Notes: a model not told the origin generated them from the letters alone. Shown: positions 44,100 through 53,319, counted from the stretch's first letter. The stretch is DNA of 64,000 nt from a virus (IMGVR_UViG_3300047571_000001:1314-65313), one strand, 5' to 3'. A program made the numbers and translations.

Positions 44100-46022
44100 C
44101 TACTTCTTCTTTGCCGACTTCTTGGGGGGCTTCTTCGCGGCCTTCTTTGCCGCAGCCTTGGCCGGCTTCTTCGCCGGCGCGAGCTTGCCGCTCGCCTTCT
44201 TCACCGGCGGCCCGTCATAGCCCTTGGCGCGAAGCTGGAGCGGCAACCAGCCGGTCGTTGGGATGTTCTCGACCGCGAAGGCGGCGATCTCCGGCTTTGT
44301 CTTCTTGGCCTGCTGGCGGGAGAGATCGGGACCGAGCGCCTCCTCAATTGCCTTGAGGCAGAGCATCTTGCTGACGCCGCCGAAATAGTCCTTTGCATCG
44401 AAGGCACCGCGGGCGGCGGCATTGAATGCCTTGGCATCGATCGCGTTGACGATCACCTGAGCTCCCTCGGCCGGGTTGTTGTAGTCCTGGGACGCGTGCT
44501 GGAAATCGAGCGCATTGGCAGCGAGCTGGGCCAATAGCGTGATGCGTTCGGCCGGCTTGAGCTTCATGGCGAGCGGCAGCGCACGCTTCATGTCGTCGGC
44601 GCCGACCAGTCCCCGGTCGCCCCCGCGGGTACCGAGACCGTTGACCGAGATCTTCGCGCCGCAATTGTTGTAGCAGCCGACGGCGGCCAGCAGGACCGAG
44701 AGCGCCAGTTGCTCGTCCAGGATCAGCGCCGTTGCCGCGGCGTTTGTCAGCTGGACCGAGAGCCTGGTCAGCAGCGCCTGCGAGATATCCTCTTCGTCGG
44801 CCTCAGCCGGGGTTTTCGGCTTGGCAGGTTTTGCCGACTTTGGCGGTTCATCGTCCGCTTCCGATGTGGCTGCCACCTTCGCCTCGGCCGGCTTCTTAAT
44901 GCCATACAGGATGACGAGGCGGCCCTCCTCCACATCAACGATGCAGCCGAGCTGCTTGCGCTTCTTCTCGTCGAAACTGCGCGCACGCAGGTTCATTTCG
45001 ATGTCTTGGATGATCCGGTTGAGTTCCTCCTCTCGCGCCTCGGACTCGGCAAAGCTAAGGTCGGACTCGTCGAGACCGCAGATCTCCTCGATCGCTGCGT
45101 CAAGCCGCGCCTTCTCGTCGCCCTCATAGATCGGCTTCTTGATCTCCGACTTGGGCCAAAACTGCGATGCGTGCGGCAGGTCAGACTTGATCTCTGCCCA
45201 GCCCCAACCCCCATCGAGCAGCTCGTCGCATTTGGCGATCAGGATCTGGCGCGCCATCTGCTTGAGTAGGACTTCGTTGCTGATGATGTGCGATGTGCCG
45301 AATAGATCCTCCGTCACGACGCCGCCGGCATCGCGATAGGCCTGAGCGCCGACGAAATCGAGCAGCTGCGCGACGTCGTCGTCGATCGCGTCCGCGCCAA
45401 GCTCCTTCTTGACGTAGCTCTCGAAGATGGTGCCGCCCTTGGCGAGCTTGTCGAAGGCCTTGTCCTGCGTCTTGTGATCGAGGCCGAGCGTGAACGCCTT
45501 GGCCACGTCGGCCTTGATGGTGCCATCGCGCCAGGCCTGCCGGATCTTGGGCGAGAGACGGCCGAGCGCCAGCGCCTGGCGAACCTGCTTTTCCGCCATG
45601 CCGTATTGCTGGGCGATCTCTTCCTGCGTCTTGCCGTGCTCCTCGAGGCGGGCGAAAGCCTCGTACTGGTCGACCGGGTGGAGCTGCTCTGCGGTGATGG
45701 CGGTGGTCAGCGAGTATTCGAAGGCCTTGGTCTCGTCGACCTGGTGCATGGTGCAGGGAATCGGCAGATCCGATCCTTCGGCCTCGATCATGCGCAGTGC
45801 CGCGAGGCGCCGGTTGCCGTTGGCGACGGAATAGAAGTCGTCTCCGGCTTCCTTCACGATCAGGTTTTCGATCAACCCCGACGGATTTTCTGGCGAGCGA
45901 TTGGCGAAGATGTTCGCCGCAAGCGCGGCGATGCCGTCTTCCCGGCCAGCGACGCGGGCGTTGATGCCCTCGCCGTCTTCGTGGCCGAACTTGAGCATCT
46001 TCAGCGGGACCTTGATATCCAT
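44100..46022 (-). CDS. ParB/Spo0J-like protein with Lys/Ala-rich tail
   Basis: GLIENLIV, VANGNRRLAAL, L.PVDQYEAF..L, HTH; C-terminal KKPAKAAAKKAAKK. Confidence 0.85.
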   Translation of the reverse strand: MDIKVPLKMLKFGHEDGEGINARVAGREDGIAALAANIFANRSPENPSGLIENLIVKEAGDDFYSVANGNRRLAALRMIEAEGSDLPIPCTMHQVDETKAFEYSLTTAITAEQLHPVDQYEAFARLEEHGKTQEEIAQQYGMAEKQVRQALALGRLSPKIRQAWRDGTIKADVAKAFTLGLDHKTQDKAFDKLAKGGTIFESYVKKELGADAIDDDVAQLLDFVGAQAYRDAGGVVTEDLFGTSHIISNEVLLKQMARQILIAKCDELLDGGWGWAEIKSDLPHASQFWPKSEIKKPIYEGDEKARLDAAIEEICGLDESDLSFAESEAREEELNRIIQDIEMNLRARSFDEKKRKQLGCIVDVEEGRLVILYGIKKPAEAKVAATSEADDEPPKSAKPAKPKTPAEADEEDISQALLTRLSVQLTNAAATALILDEQLALSVLLAAVGCYNNCGAKISVNGLGTRGGDRGLVGADDMKRALPLAMKLKPAERITLLAQLAANALDFQHASQDYNNPAEGAQVIVNAIDAKAFNAAARGAFDAKDYFGGVSKMLCLKAIEEALGPDLSRQQAKKTKPEIAAFAVENIPTTGWLPLQLRAKGYDGPPVKKASGKLAPAKKPAKAAAKKAAKKPPKKSAKKK

Positions 46023-46037
46023 GGCGATGGAATCCCT

Positions 46038-46199
46038 TCAGGTTCTGTTGGGTGACAATTGACGGATGAGCTCGGCACTCTCGCGGTAACGCCGGCGCAG
46101 GATCTCGCGCGTGCCATCCGGTCCGTTTGATCCGCTGGGGATCAGCACTTCCAGGATGGCGATCTGGTTGAGCAGGATCTGGCACTCGATGTCGGTCAT
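46038..46199 (-). CDS. Small hypothetical protein (53 aa)
   Basis: ATGA overlap; MTDIECQILLNQIAILEVL... Confidence 0.5.
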   Translation of the reverse strand: MTDIECQILLNQIAILEVLIPSGSNGPDGTREILRRRYRESAELIRQLSPNRT

Positions 46200-46531
46200 T
46201 GGCCGGCACCGAGTTGTTTGCGGAGTCGGTCGATCTCGGCTTGCAGGGCGCCATTGCGCTCGATGCTTTCCCGCAGCTGCTTCGCCATCGCCGCGTCTGC
46301 ACGCTCACCGCGCGCCGCGTCAGGGTCGAGCAGCTGGATTTCGCGATCAATGTACCAGCGCGCTTTCTTCAGATCCTGCAGCGCCGGATCGGTCTTCTTG
46401 CCGGCACGCGAGATGTATTTGACTGCGTTGCCAAGGCAGAAGCCGAGGCCCCATGCCTCTATAACCTTGATCGCCTCATAGGGATTGTCGGCGCCGCCGT
46501 AGTGCGGCGGATGATTGACGGCATCGGTCAT
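46196..46531 (-). CDS. DUF3310 family protein
   Basis: VNHPPHY...EAIKVI...GFCLGNAVKY..RAGKK...DLKKARWY. Confidence 0.9.
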   Translation of the reverse strand: MTDAVNHPPHYGGADNPYEAIKVIEAWGLGFCLGNAVKYISRAGKKTDPALQDLKKARWYIDREIQLLDPDAARGERADAAMAKQLRESIERNGALQAEIDRLRKQLGAGQ

Positions 46532-47052
46532 TGTTTCACTGCCGGGACCAGAGTGAACATGGGCTTGCTGTCGACAATCTCGAATAGATGAGGTTTCGAA
46601 TCCGACCAGCGCGCGAGCTGGAGCGTTACCCTCTTCTCGGTCTCGGCGTCGTCGAATATGTAGTGGCGAATGTGAAACGGATCGTCGCCCGGCTCTTTGA
46701 GCGCGGCGATGAGAGCCTCGAAGCTCTCGTGCAAGGTATCGACATCGTGGTCGACCATGATGCTTACCTCGCCTGCCGGCATCGGGCCATGCATATCGAA
46801 GGTGCCATCGTGGCGGAGCGTCACTTCGACGTCGGCGAAGCGCTCGCAGCTGATGAAATTGACGACAGCACCCGGATCGAGCGGTCCATTGAACAGGCCG
46901 CGATCGTCATCATCGACGCCTTTCTCGCCCAGTGCATAGCCGAGCACAAAGCCGTTGCCTTCCCTCAGGATGAAACCATCCGGCGACGGCTTCGAGGGCG
47001 GGCACCACTCATCGACCCAATCAGCAGGGTACCATTCGATTCCATCGCTCAT
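46528..47052 (-). CDS. Hypothetical acidic protein
   Basis: Coupled ORF. Confidence 0.6.
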   Translation of the reverse strand: MSDGIEWYPADWVDEWCPPSKPSPDGFILREGNGFVLGYALGEKGVDDDDRGLFNGPLDPGAVVNFISCERFADVEVTLRHDGTFDMHGPMPAGEVSIMVDHDVDTLHESFEALIAALKEPGDDPFHIRHYIFDDAETEKRVTLQLARWSDSKPHLFEIVDSKPMFTLVPAVKQ

Positions 47053-47399
47053 CGTGTTTCTCCCTCGACGAGGTAAGCCGCAGCGCGCCCCAGCGGCGAC
47101 GCCGGCGAGCCGTCCGGATTGCGCTTCATGGCGTGAAAGATGTCCGCCGGCGGGCAGCCATATTGCAGCAGCATCGACATCAGGATGGCGCCGTCGGAGG
47201 CGAAGACGTCAACGGGCGAGTTCACCTTCTGCGCATTGAGAAAGACCTCGGCGATCGGGCCGAAGCGCATCGACGACGCCCCGCAGCTGCCGTCGCACAG
47301 CATCTCGCGGCCGAGGCCGACCTTGTAGCGCTGGCCTTCGTGCTCAATCGCGATGGTCTCGTGGCGGCGGCGGGTGGCAAGGCGGTGACGATGGGTCAA
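47049..47399 (-). CDS. TSCPD-like (NrdJ C-terminal-like) standalone domain
   Basis: L..RR..ETI, EVFLN, D.AIL.S.LLQYG.P, DG...SP.G. Confidence 0.7.
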   Translation of the reverse strand: MTHRHRLATRRRHETIAIEHEGQRYKVGLGREMLCDGSCGASSMRFGPIAEVFLNAQKVNSPVDVFASDGAILMSMLLQYGCPPADIFHAMKRNPDGSPASPLGRAAAYLVEGETR

Positions 47400-47614
47400 T
47401 TGTCCAACCCCTTCTTATCGCCGCCCAGGACGATCCGGTCGCGCACGATGCGCAGGTCGGCGATGACCGCCTCGACATTCTCGCAGGCGATCACGAACTG
47501 CGCGTGCGGGTGGTCGTTCTCGTCGAGCAGATGAACGTGGATGGAGCGGCAGCCGATATCTCCGCAAGTTCCGATGCCGATGCTGTGCGCGTTGAAGAAT
47601 AGATGCCGGTTCAT
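47396..47614 (-). CDS. Hypothetical protein (72 aa)
   Basis: Coupled ORF. Confidence 0.55.
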   Translation of the reverse strand: MNRHLFFNAHSIGIGTCGDIGCRSIHVHLLDENDHPHAQFVIACENVEAVIADLRIVRDRIVLGGDKKGLDN

Positions 47615-48045
47615 CGCGCCTCTCCCGTGTACAGCGTCGGCTTCTTCGGCCGGTGCATCAACTTGGGGTCGAAATACTCGGTGTTAGCGATGCCGGCGCG
47701 CCGCTTGTCGAGTGCGCTGCGACCCGGCAAGGGATCGCCTAGACAGAATTGCGCGATCGTCGGCTGATGCGCGATGGCCCTCGCCCGCTCCTCCTCCGCA
47801 TCGCGCTCCTTGGCGCGCTTGTCTCGCCAGCTTTTCAGACGCTTCGGCGACGCGGCGATCGAGGGCGGCGCCTGCGCCATGCGCTTGCGGCGCTCATGGG
47901 TGTTGTAGGCCTGCTTGCAGGCGGCTGCCGATCGCCCCGGCATTTCCGCCGCAATGCGCGACCAGATGGCGCCGTGGCGCTCCACCAGCGCGCGCAGCCG
48001 GTCGATCTCCGCAGTGGTCCATGCGGTGTGATTGGGCCAGCTCAT
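47611..48045 (-). CDS. Myb/SANT-like HTH DNA-binding protein (144 aa)
   Basis: WTTAEIDRLRALVERHGAIWSRIAAEMPGRSAAACKQAYNT; ATGA start 48045. Confidence 0.7.
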   Translation of the reverse strand: MSWPNHTAWTTAEIDRLRALVERHGAIWSRIAAEMPGRSAAACKQAYNTHERRKRMAQAPPSIAASPKRLKSWRDKRAKERDAEEERARAIAHQPTIAQFCLGDPLPGRSALDKRRAGIANTEYFDPKLMHRPKKPTLYTGEAR

Positions 48046-49121
48046 GCTGCTCTCCGCGTCACGGGGTTTGTCGTGAATCGTTCCGCATCGTCCGGTTTCG
48101 TCAGCTCGTCGACGACGACAGGCGGAATCCAGAAAGGCGCTTGCGGCTTGCGGCCCTTGATCCAGACCAGCCAGATGTATGCCGTGGCCGTACCACCCTT
48201 CGGGTCCCAGCGGCCCTTGCACAGCGCAATGCGCTCGCTGAAGAAGGCGACCAGGGTCGGCGGCGTCTTAGCGGGATCGAAGATCCGCTCATAGCGCCCT
48301 TCACCCTCCAGCCATTGCAGGCGGACGAACATGGCAACGCCGACCCGCGCGAGTTGCAGCATGCGCGTCAGGAACGTCTCCGCCTTCTCGTCGAATGGCG
48401 GATTGGTGATGAACCAGTCGGCCGTCTGGCTCGTGTGCTCGTCCAGGAAGTCGCCGACGTCGCCATAGCCGTAATCGAAGATGTCTGAGGCAGCGACGCC
48501 AGCGAAATACTCGGCTAGCACCTCGGCAATGTGACCCTCTCCGCAGGCCGGTTCGCGCGCGCTGGCTTGGTCGACCGCGACCTTGAGATGTGCAAACACG
48601 ATTTCGATCAGCGCCCTGGTCGCGCAGGGCGGCGTCGGGAAGTAGTCGAGGCTATCGTCGGGCTCGAGCCGGCCGGACATAATCGAGCGCGCGCCATGGA
48701 TCACGCCCCTATCGTCGATCGGGTCGACCAGGATGGCGCGCCCGCTCTTGATCTTCTCGCGCGTGGCCTGGCACATCGCGTCGAACGAGACTTCGTCGAG
48801 ATCAGCCGCCTTCTGCGCCTTGGCCGACAGCTTGCGATCGACACCGACTTCCTCGAGCGTCACCCGGTTTGCATCATCGTTCTTTCGCCTACGCCCCTCC
48901 GCGATCTGGCCAGCTTCCTTCGCCGCGATCAGCAGCACGCCCAGGCGGCGCTCGGCCCGCATCTGGATGACCGTCGCGTCCGCGAGCAGCGCGCGGTCCT
49001 GGATCTGGCGCGCATAGAGCTTGACGTGCTCGAGCTCGTCGCGGACGGCCATGACCTGGTCGACCTTCGTGGCCTCGGCAAGCGCGACGCGGGCGCGATC
49101 GTAGGCGGCGAGCAGAGTCAT
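48042..49121 (-). CDS. Amino-type (probably N6-adenine) DNA methyltransferase with helical N-terminal domain
   Basis: DYFPTP, EPACGEG (SAM), ITNPPF catalytic motif. Confidence 0.85.
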   Translation of the reverse strand: MTLLAAYDRARVALAEATKVDQVMAVRDELEHVKLYARQIQDRALLADATVIQMRAERRLGVLLIAAKEAGQIAEGRRRKNDDANRVTLEEVGVDRKLSAKAQKAADLDEVSFDAMCQATREKIKSGRAILVDPIDDRGVIHGARSIMSGRLEPDDSLDYFPTPPCATRALIEIVFAHLKVAVDQASAREPACGEGHIAEVLAEYFAGVAASDIFDYGYGDVGDFLDEHTSQTADWFITNPPFDEKAETFLTRMLQLARVGVAMFVRLQWLEGEGRYERIFDPAKTPPTLVAFFSERIALCKGRWDPKGGTATAYIWLVWIKGRKPQAPFWIPPVVVDELTKPDDAERFTTNPVTRRAA

Positions 49122-49525
49122 GCGGCGCCCTCCATGGCCCGCAACATGCCGTTAGCCTCCGCGAGCAGCCGCTCGGCGATCGCCCGGCTCTCGGCTGGCA
49201 GCCTGTAGCCCTGTCCCCAGACGGTTTCGATCGCGATATTGTGCGGCTTCAGCTTTTTACGGGCCTTGCAGATGAGGACGTCGACGATCTTGATCTCGGC
49301 CTCGTCCTGCCTGTGGAAGTAGAGCGCGGAGACCGCGAATTCCTTGGTCACCAACGGCTTCTTGAGCAACAGCCCGAAGATCCTGGCTTCCTGCGCAGTG
49401 AGACCGAACTGCGGCGGGCATTCGAAGGTGAAGCCGAACTGCTCCTCGAGGTCGCGGACGCGCGCGCGCAATGCGTCGTTCTCCCGCTCCAGGGTCTGGA
49501 TCAGATCGTCACGTAGCGTCGTCAT
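49118..49525 (-). CDS. OmpR/CtrA-type winged-helix protein lacking a receiver domain
   Basis: LT.QE..I..LL...VTKE...LY...DEAEIKIVDVLICKARKKL...IETVWGQGYRL; N-terminal short coiled coil. Confidence 0.8.
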   Translation of the reverse strand: MTTLRDDLIQTLERENDALRARVRDLEEQFGFTFECPPQFGLTAQEARIFGLLLKKPLVTKEFAVSALYFHRQDEAEIKIVDVLICKARKKLKPHNIAIETVWGQGYRLPAESRAIAERLLAEANGMLRAMEGAA

Positions 49526-50343
49526 GCGGCATCGCTCCCGTCGATCCGGCGCAACCAGCGGTTAGCGACTTCGCGAAAGATCGGCCGTCCTTCCGTCTTC
49601 GCTGTGGCATGGGCCTTCAACAGCCCATCGGTGCCCTCGATCCTGACCGCAGCGGTCAGCGCATCAAGGTCGATATCCTTGCGCTCCTCGCAGATGATGT
49701 GCTCGGCCGCAAGGATCTCGGCCGCGCTGATCGGCGCGCGCTTGGCTTTGACAAGGCATTGGAGAACCTTGCGCGCGGGGATCACGCCACGCTTCTTCAC
49801 CAGCCGGCGCACCAGGCCGAGCGCCGCCGTGTCTCCCTCCGCGATCGCCGATGACAGCGAGATCAGGCGGATGCGCACGCCGGCACGCTTGCAGACATTG
49901 TCGACGTCTACCGCGTCGGGATCGCCGGAGGCCAGCAGCGCGCGATAGATGTCGAACGGCGTCACCTTGATGCGGTCGAGGTTGTGCCCGACGAAGGCCC
50001 GCGCGCGTTCGTCGACACTGTCGGCGCCGACGATCAGGATCAGGATCTCGGGGATCTTCAACGTGGCGGCGATGATGGCCGTGTGCTGGCCGTCGATAAC
50101 GTGCAGCGTGGCGGGCCCAGTCTGCACCGCGATCGGCGGCTTGTAGCGATTCCAGCGGAAGCTCTCGATGGTGCGCCGGATCAAACGGATCGAACGTTCG
50201 GACAGGTCGCGCTGATAAGTGCCGTCGACCATCAGGCTGGTCGGAGCAACCCATTTCGCCGCAGGCTTCTGGCCGAAATCGACCGCCAGCGTAGGGATCA
50301 GGTCCGGGAAAGTCATCGGCTTGATCGGACGCAGAGCCATCAC
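49522..50343 (-). CDS. ParB-N-like (DUF6551-like) protein
   Basis: L.VD..YQR.L, VIDGQH. Confidence 0.75.
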   Translation of the reverse strand: MMALRPIKPMTFPDLIPTLAVDFGQKPAAKWVAPTSLMVDGTYQRDLSERSIRLIRRTIESFRWNRYKPPIAVQTGPATLHVIDGQHTAIIAATLKIPEILILIVGADSVDERARAFVGHNLDRIKVTPFDIYRALLASGDPDAVDVDNVCKRAGVRIRLISLSSAIAEGDTAALGLVRRLVKKRGVIPARKVLQCLVKAKRAPISAAEILAAEHIICEERKDIDLDALTAAVRIEGTDGLLKAHATAKTEGRPIFREVANRWLRRIDGSDAA

Positions 50344-50957
50344 CCGATCTCCGCGATGGCCGCATCGCGCGCGGCGTTAAGCTCGGACATCTTCTCGATC
50401 GAGCCGCCTTCGCGATCGGGATGATATTGTTGCGCCAGGCGCTTGTAGTTGCCCTCGATCGCGCCCTTGGTGATGGCGGCGTCTCGACCGATCTGGAGGA
50501 TGTCTTTCCAGTGCTTGCCCTTCGGCGCCGGAAGCGCCTGGAAGCCCGAGAATGTCGCGCGCACCAGCGCGAGCGTGCCGTGGCGCAGCTCGACCCGGCG
50601 CGCCTCGATGATGTGGTGGATCGCCTGCAGGTTCGCCGCCGGCGTGTCATAGCGGTCGATGGGGATGCAGACCTGCAGGCCGTCCCAGGAGAACCAGACT
50701 GCGACGCCGGGATCAGCTGGACGCGTACCGGAATTGACGGTCAGCGGGTTGAAGTCGATGTTGCTCGACAAGACCGGGAATTCGATCTTCTTGCCACTGT
50801 CCTTGGCGAAGAGTTCAAGACTCTTCTTGACGTTGCGCAGGGCAGTCTCGAAGTTGGTCTTGAATATGCCTGAGCCGCGCCCGTTTTTCCAGCGCGGGAA
50901 GCCGGAGGGCCATTGTAGGGGATAGGCCTGTGCCTGGGGCTGGGCCTGCTCGCTCAT
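50340..50957 (-). CDS. Phage protein with C-terminal J-domain
   Basis: YPLQWP.G.PR N-terminus; W..IL...YKRLAQQYHPDREGG...M.ELN.A. Confidence 0.85.
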   Translation of the reverse strand: MSEQAQPQAQAYPLQWPSGFPRWKNGRGSGIFKTNFETALRNVKKSLELFAKDSGKKIEFPVLSSNIDFNPLTVNSGTRPADPGVAVWFSWDGLQVCIPIDRYDTPAANLQAIHHIIEARRVELRHGTLALVRATFSGFQALPAPKGKHWKDILQIGRDAAITKGAIEGNYKRLAQQYHPDREGGSIEKMSELNAARDAAIAEIG

Positions 50958-51292
50958 CGCCGCGTCTCCTCCGACACGCCCCGCTCATTGCGCAGCGCCT
51001 GCCAGGCGGCGCGGCGCAAGAGCGGCAGCGTGGCGCCGATCAACATCTGCCAGTAGTCCTGCGACTGCGGTTCGTAGAAGTAAGCCTCGATCGCCGTGCA
51101 CATCACGACCGCGGCGCGCGTGGCACGCACCGGCCCGTCGCAGGGAGAGTTGTCGGCCTGCTTGATGGCAGCCGCGACCTCGGAGAAGCCCGCCGGCAGA
51201 TTTGTCGGGATCTGATGCATCGGTCGCCGCATCATGTCCTCGGCGGTCGCGATCAGCACGGTCAGGTGCTCGGAGAGCGGCTTCATGATCAA
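50954..51292 (-). CDS. Hypothetical protein
   Basis: Coupled ORF. Confidence 0.6.
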   Translation of the reverse strand: MIMKPLSEHLTVLIATAEDMMRRPMHQIPTNLPAGFSEVAAAIKQADNSPCDGPVRATRAAVVMCTAIEAYFYEPQSQDYWQMLIGATLPLLRRAAWQALRNERGVSEETRR

Positions 51293-51621
51293 TCCTTCCT
51301 CAGCTGGCGGCTTTCGTGGAGGACGAGGTCGACCAGCGAGCCCATCACCGCCTGCCAGCGCTCCGTGCGCGCCTCACAGTCGATCGCAAGCTCGCGCGCA
51401 TTCCTGGCCGTGCGCATCATGGTGATCGCGAGCAGCTGCACCGGAATGAGGAATGTGCTGGTCTCGGGCGTCGAGATCACGAGGAGGTCGAGGAACAGCC
51501 GGTCGGCATTGTCGGCGAGTTGGGCTGCCGTGTGCCGGCCGTCGAGATAGGCCGTCGCATAGGCAACCGCGTGGCCTGCGATAAGATTGGCCTGCTCGGC
51601 GCGGGTAAGGTGCTGCTGCAT
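51289..51621 (-). CDS. Hypothetical protein (110 aa)
   Basis: GGAGG SD, start ~51621. Confidence 0.55.
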   Translation of the reverse strand: MQQHLTRAEQANLIAGHAVAYATAYLDGRHTAAQLADNADRLFLDLLVISTPETSTFLIPVQLLAITMMRTARNARELAIDCEARTERWQAVMGSLVDLVLHESRQLRKD

Positions 51622-51974
51622 CACACCCTCCGCTTCGGAAACGTGAGAACGACGGCCGTCCCCGACAGGGATGCAGGACGGCCGCCGCTCTCCTCCGCCG
51701 GAGGGCACCCCGCGGAATGGATACGTTGAGGAATGCCCCATGCGCGGAAGTCGCGCGCCACCATCTGGCGCTCGCGCGGGACGGTCGGCATGTCGCCGAA
51801 CGGGAAGAAGAACGGATCGTCCGCCACCGCGGAAAGCGAAGAGCAGGACGCGGCCCCTCGGCGGACGATCCGGGCGTTGCGCGCTGGCGCAAGCGCCGAC
51901 GCGCACGCCAAAAGCAGCGCGAACGTGATCATGAGGATAGGGATGCTCAGCACGAGCGCGTCGTGGCTCTTCAC
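51621..51974 (-). CDS. Hypothetical protein with N-terminal hydrophobic helix
   Basis: GTGA overlap start 51974. Confidence 0.4.
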   Translation of the reverse strand: MKSHDALVLSIPILMITFALLLACASALAPARNARIVRRGAASCSSLSAVADDPFFFPFGDMPTVPRERQMVARDFRAWGIPQRIHSAGCPPAEESGGRPASLSGTAVVLTFPKRRV

Positions 51975-52219
51975 CGGCGCGCCCTCCGGTGATGCAGCGC
52001 AAGGGCCGCCAGCATGCCGAGCATCCCGGGCCAGCCGAAGATCAACACGATGGTGATCAGGACATTGGCGAAGCCGTCGATCACGGAGCCGCTGCCCGAG
52101 GGCTCCTTGTACAGGCCGGACAAGCTTCCGGCGCTGAATACCAGCATCCACACCAGGGAGCCGATCAAGGCGTAGATGAAGCAGAGGGTAATCAGGTGAT
52201 GCGCGATCGCGGCGGACAT
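51971..52219 (-). CDS. Small two-TM membrane protein
   Basis: Two hydrophobic helices, basic C-terminus, GAGG SD. Confidence 0.6.
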   Translation of the reverse strand: MSAAIAHHLITLCFIYALIGSLVWMLVFSAGSLSGLYKEPSGSGSVIDGFANVLITIVLIFGWPGMLGMLAALALHHRRARR

Positions 52220-52334
52220 CGGGATGACCTCTTGTTGCAGGGACGCAAATGCTCACGTCCGGAAATGACCGAACGGGTGCAGTTGCAGGTGATGTCGGGA
52301 TACGCGGAACGCTTACTGGGGACTGGAAGGCGCG

Positions 52335-52391
52335 CTATCGACGGCGCGGCCTGTACTTGCCTTTCTTCGGCTTCTTGGCCTTACGAGCCAT
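52335..52391 (-). CDS. Candidate 18-aa basic micropeptide MARKAKKPKKGKYRPRRR
   Basis: GGAGG 4 nt before ATG; overlaps upstream stop. Confidence 0.4.
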   Translation of the reverse strand: MARKAKKPKKGKYRPRRR

Positions 52392-52614
52392 CGAGCCTCC
52401 GATTGATCTCGTCGCGGGTGAGAACCGAAAGATCGACTTGGCTATCGATCACCAGGACTTTGCGAACGTCGTCTCCGAGGTGGGACCGGACGTAACCCGC
52501 GATGCGCTCGAATAGTTCGCGCGGCACGCGACCGTCGACCTTGACGACGAGCACATCGTCGGGCGAGAGAGCGAGCTTTCCGATGCGATATTCGAAATCG
52601 ACGAGTTCGGTCAT
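52381..52614 (-). CDS. Hypothetical protein (77 aa)
   Basis: ATGA coupled. Confidence 0.6.
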   Translation of the reverse strand: MTELVDFEYRIGKLALSPDDVLVVKVDGRVPRELFERIAGYVRSHLGDDVRKVLVIDSQVDLSVLTRDEINRRLDGS

Positions 52615-53198
52615 GCCGCATCCTCACGATCGAGCTTTCTCGAAATTCTCGCAATCAAGCCGTGGCCCTGATCCGCCGCATCGAACGGACGCCAGCGAAG
52701 CTCGGCTTGGCATCGCAACTGTTCGCAGAATCTTTCGCTCGGCTCCAAACGCGACCAGTCTATTGGCGAGACATCGTCTTGCTGCTCGTCTTCAACTGCG
52801 CTCTTCTGCACGGCTTCCCGGAGCACATCGCGGAAATACCTTAACTTTTCCATTGTAGGATCCGGCGTCAGCACCCCAGAAACTACGCCGCGCCGGTCGA
52901 TTTCCGCGACGATGGCAATGGCCGCGTCGAGTGCATCGCCCGCCTCAACGAGATGACTGACGGCCTCGGAACGCTTGGGACGGAGTTCCTCGGTGACCCT
53001 CGCGCGCGCGTCAACCCACTGCTCTATCTGAAGACCGTCGCCGGGAGCATAGAGGGCACCGGATTTCAATTCGGCATATTCGAAGCCAAAGGGATCACCA
53101 ACCTCATCAAACAGGTCCCAGATTTCTGCGACGGAACGGCCCCAAAAAATTCCTTGAAATTCGCGGGTTTCGATCTCCCTTACTATGTACACCTTCAT
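52611..53198 (-). CDS. Hypothetical protein (195 aa)
   Basis: GGGAGGG SD, ATG 53198. Confidence 0.65.
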   Translation of the reverse strand: MKVYIVREIETREFQGIFWGRSVAEIWDLFDEVGDPFGFEYAELKSGALYAPGDGLQIEQWVDARARVTEELRPKRSEAVSHLVEAGDALDAAIAIVAEIDRRGVVSGVLTPDPTMEKLRYFRDVLREAVQKSAVEDEQQDDVSPIDWSRLEPSERFCEQLRCQAELRWRPFDAADQGHGLIARISRKLDREDAA

Positions 53199-53219
53199 GC
53201 CGCCCTCCCTGCAAAACTC

Positions 53220-53304
53220 CGGGCGACGGCGGGGCACTTAGCGCGTGAACGCGCCCTTCCCTGTCCATTCGACCCGGGCTGATGGATGCCAAGGCCGTCG
53301 CCCG
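53220..53304 (-). ncRNA. Candidate structured RNA unit D (11-bp closing stem, multibranch)
   Basis: CGGGCGACGGC/GCCGTCGCCCG encloses GGCA/TGCC, TCCAT/ATGGA and GCGCG-TTCA-CGCGC stems. Confidence 0.5.
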
Positions 53305-53319
53305 AACTGTGAATTGAAT

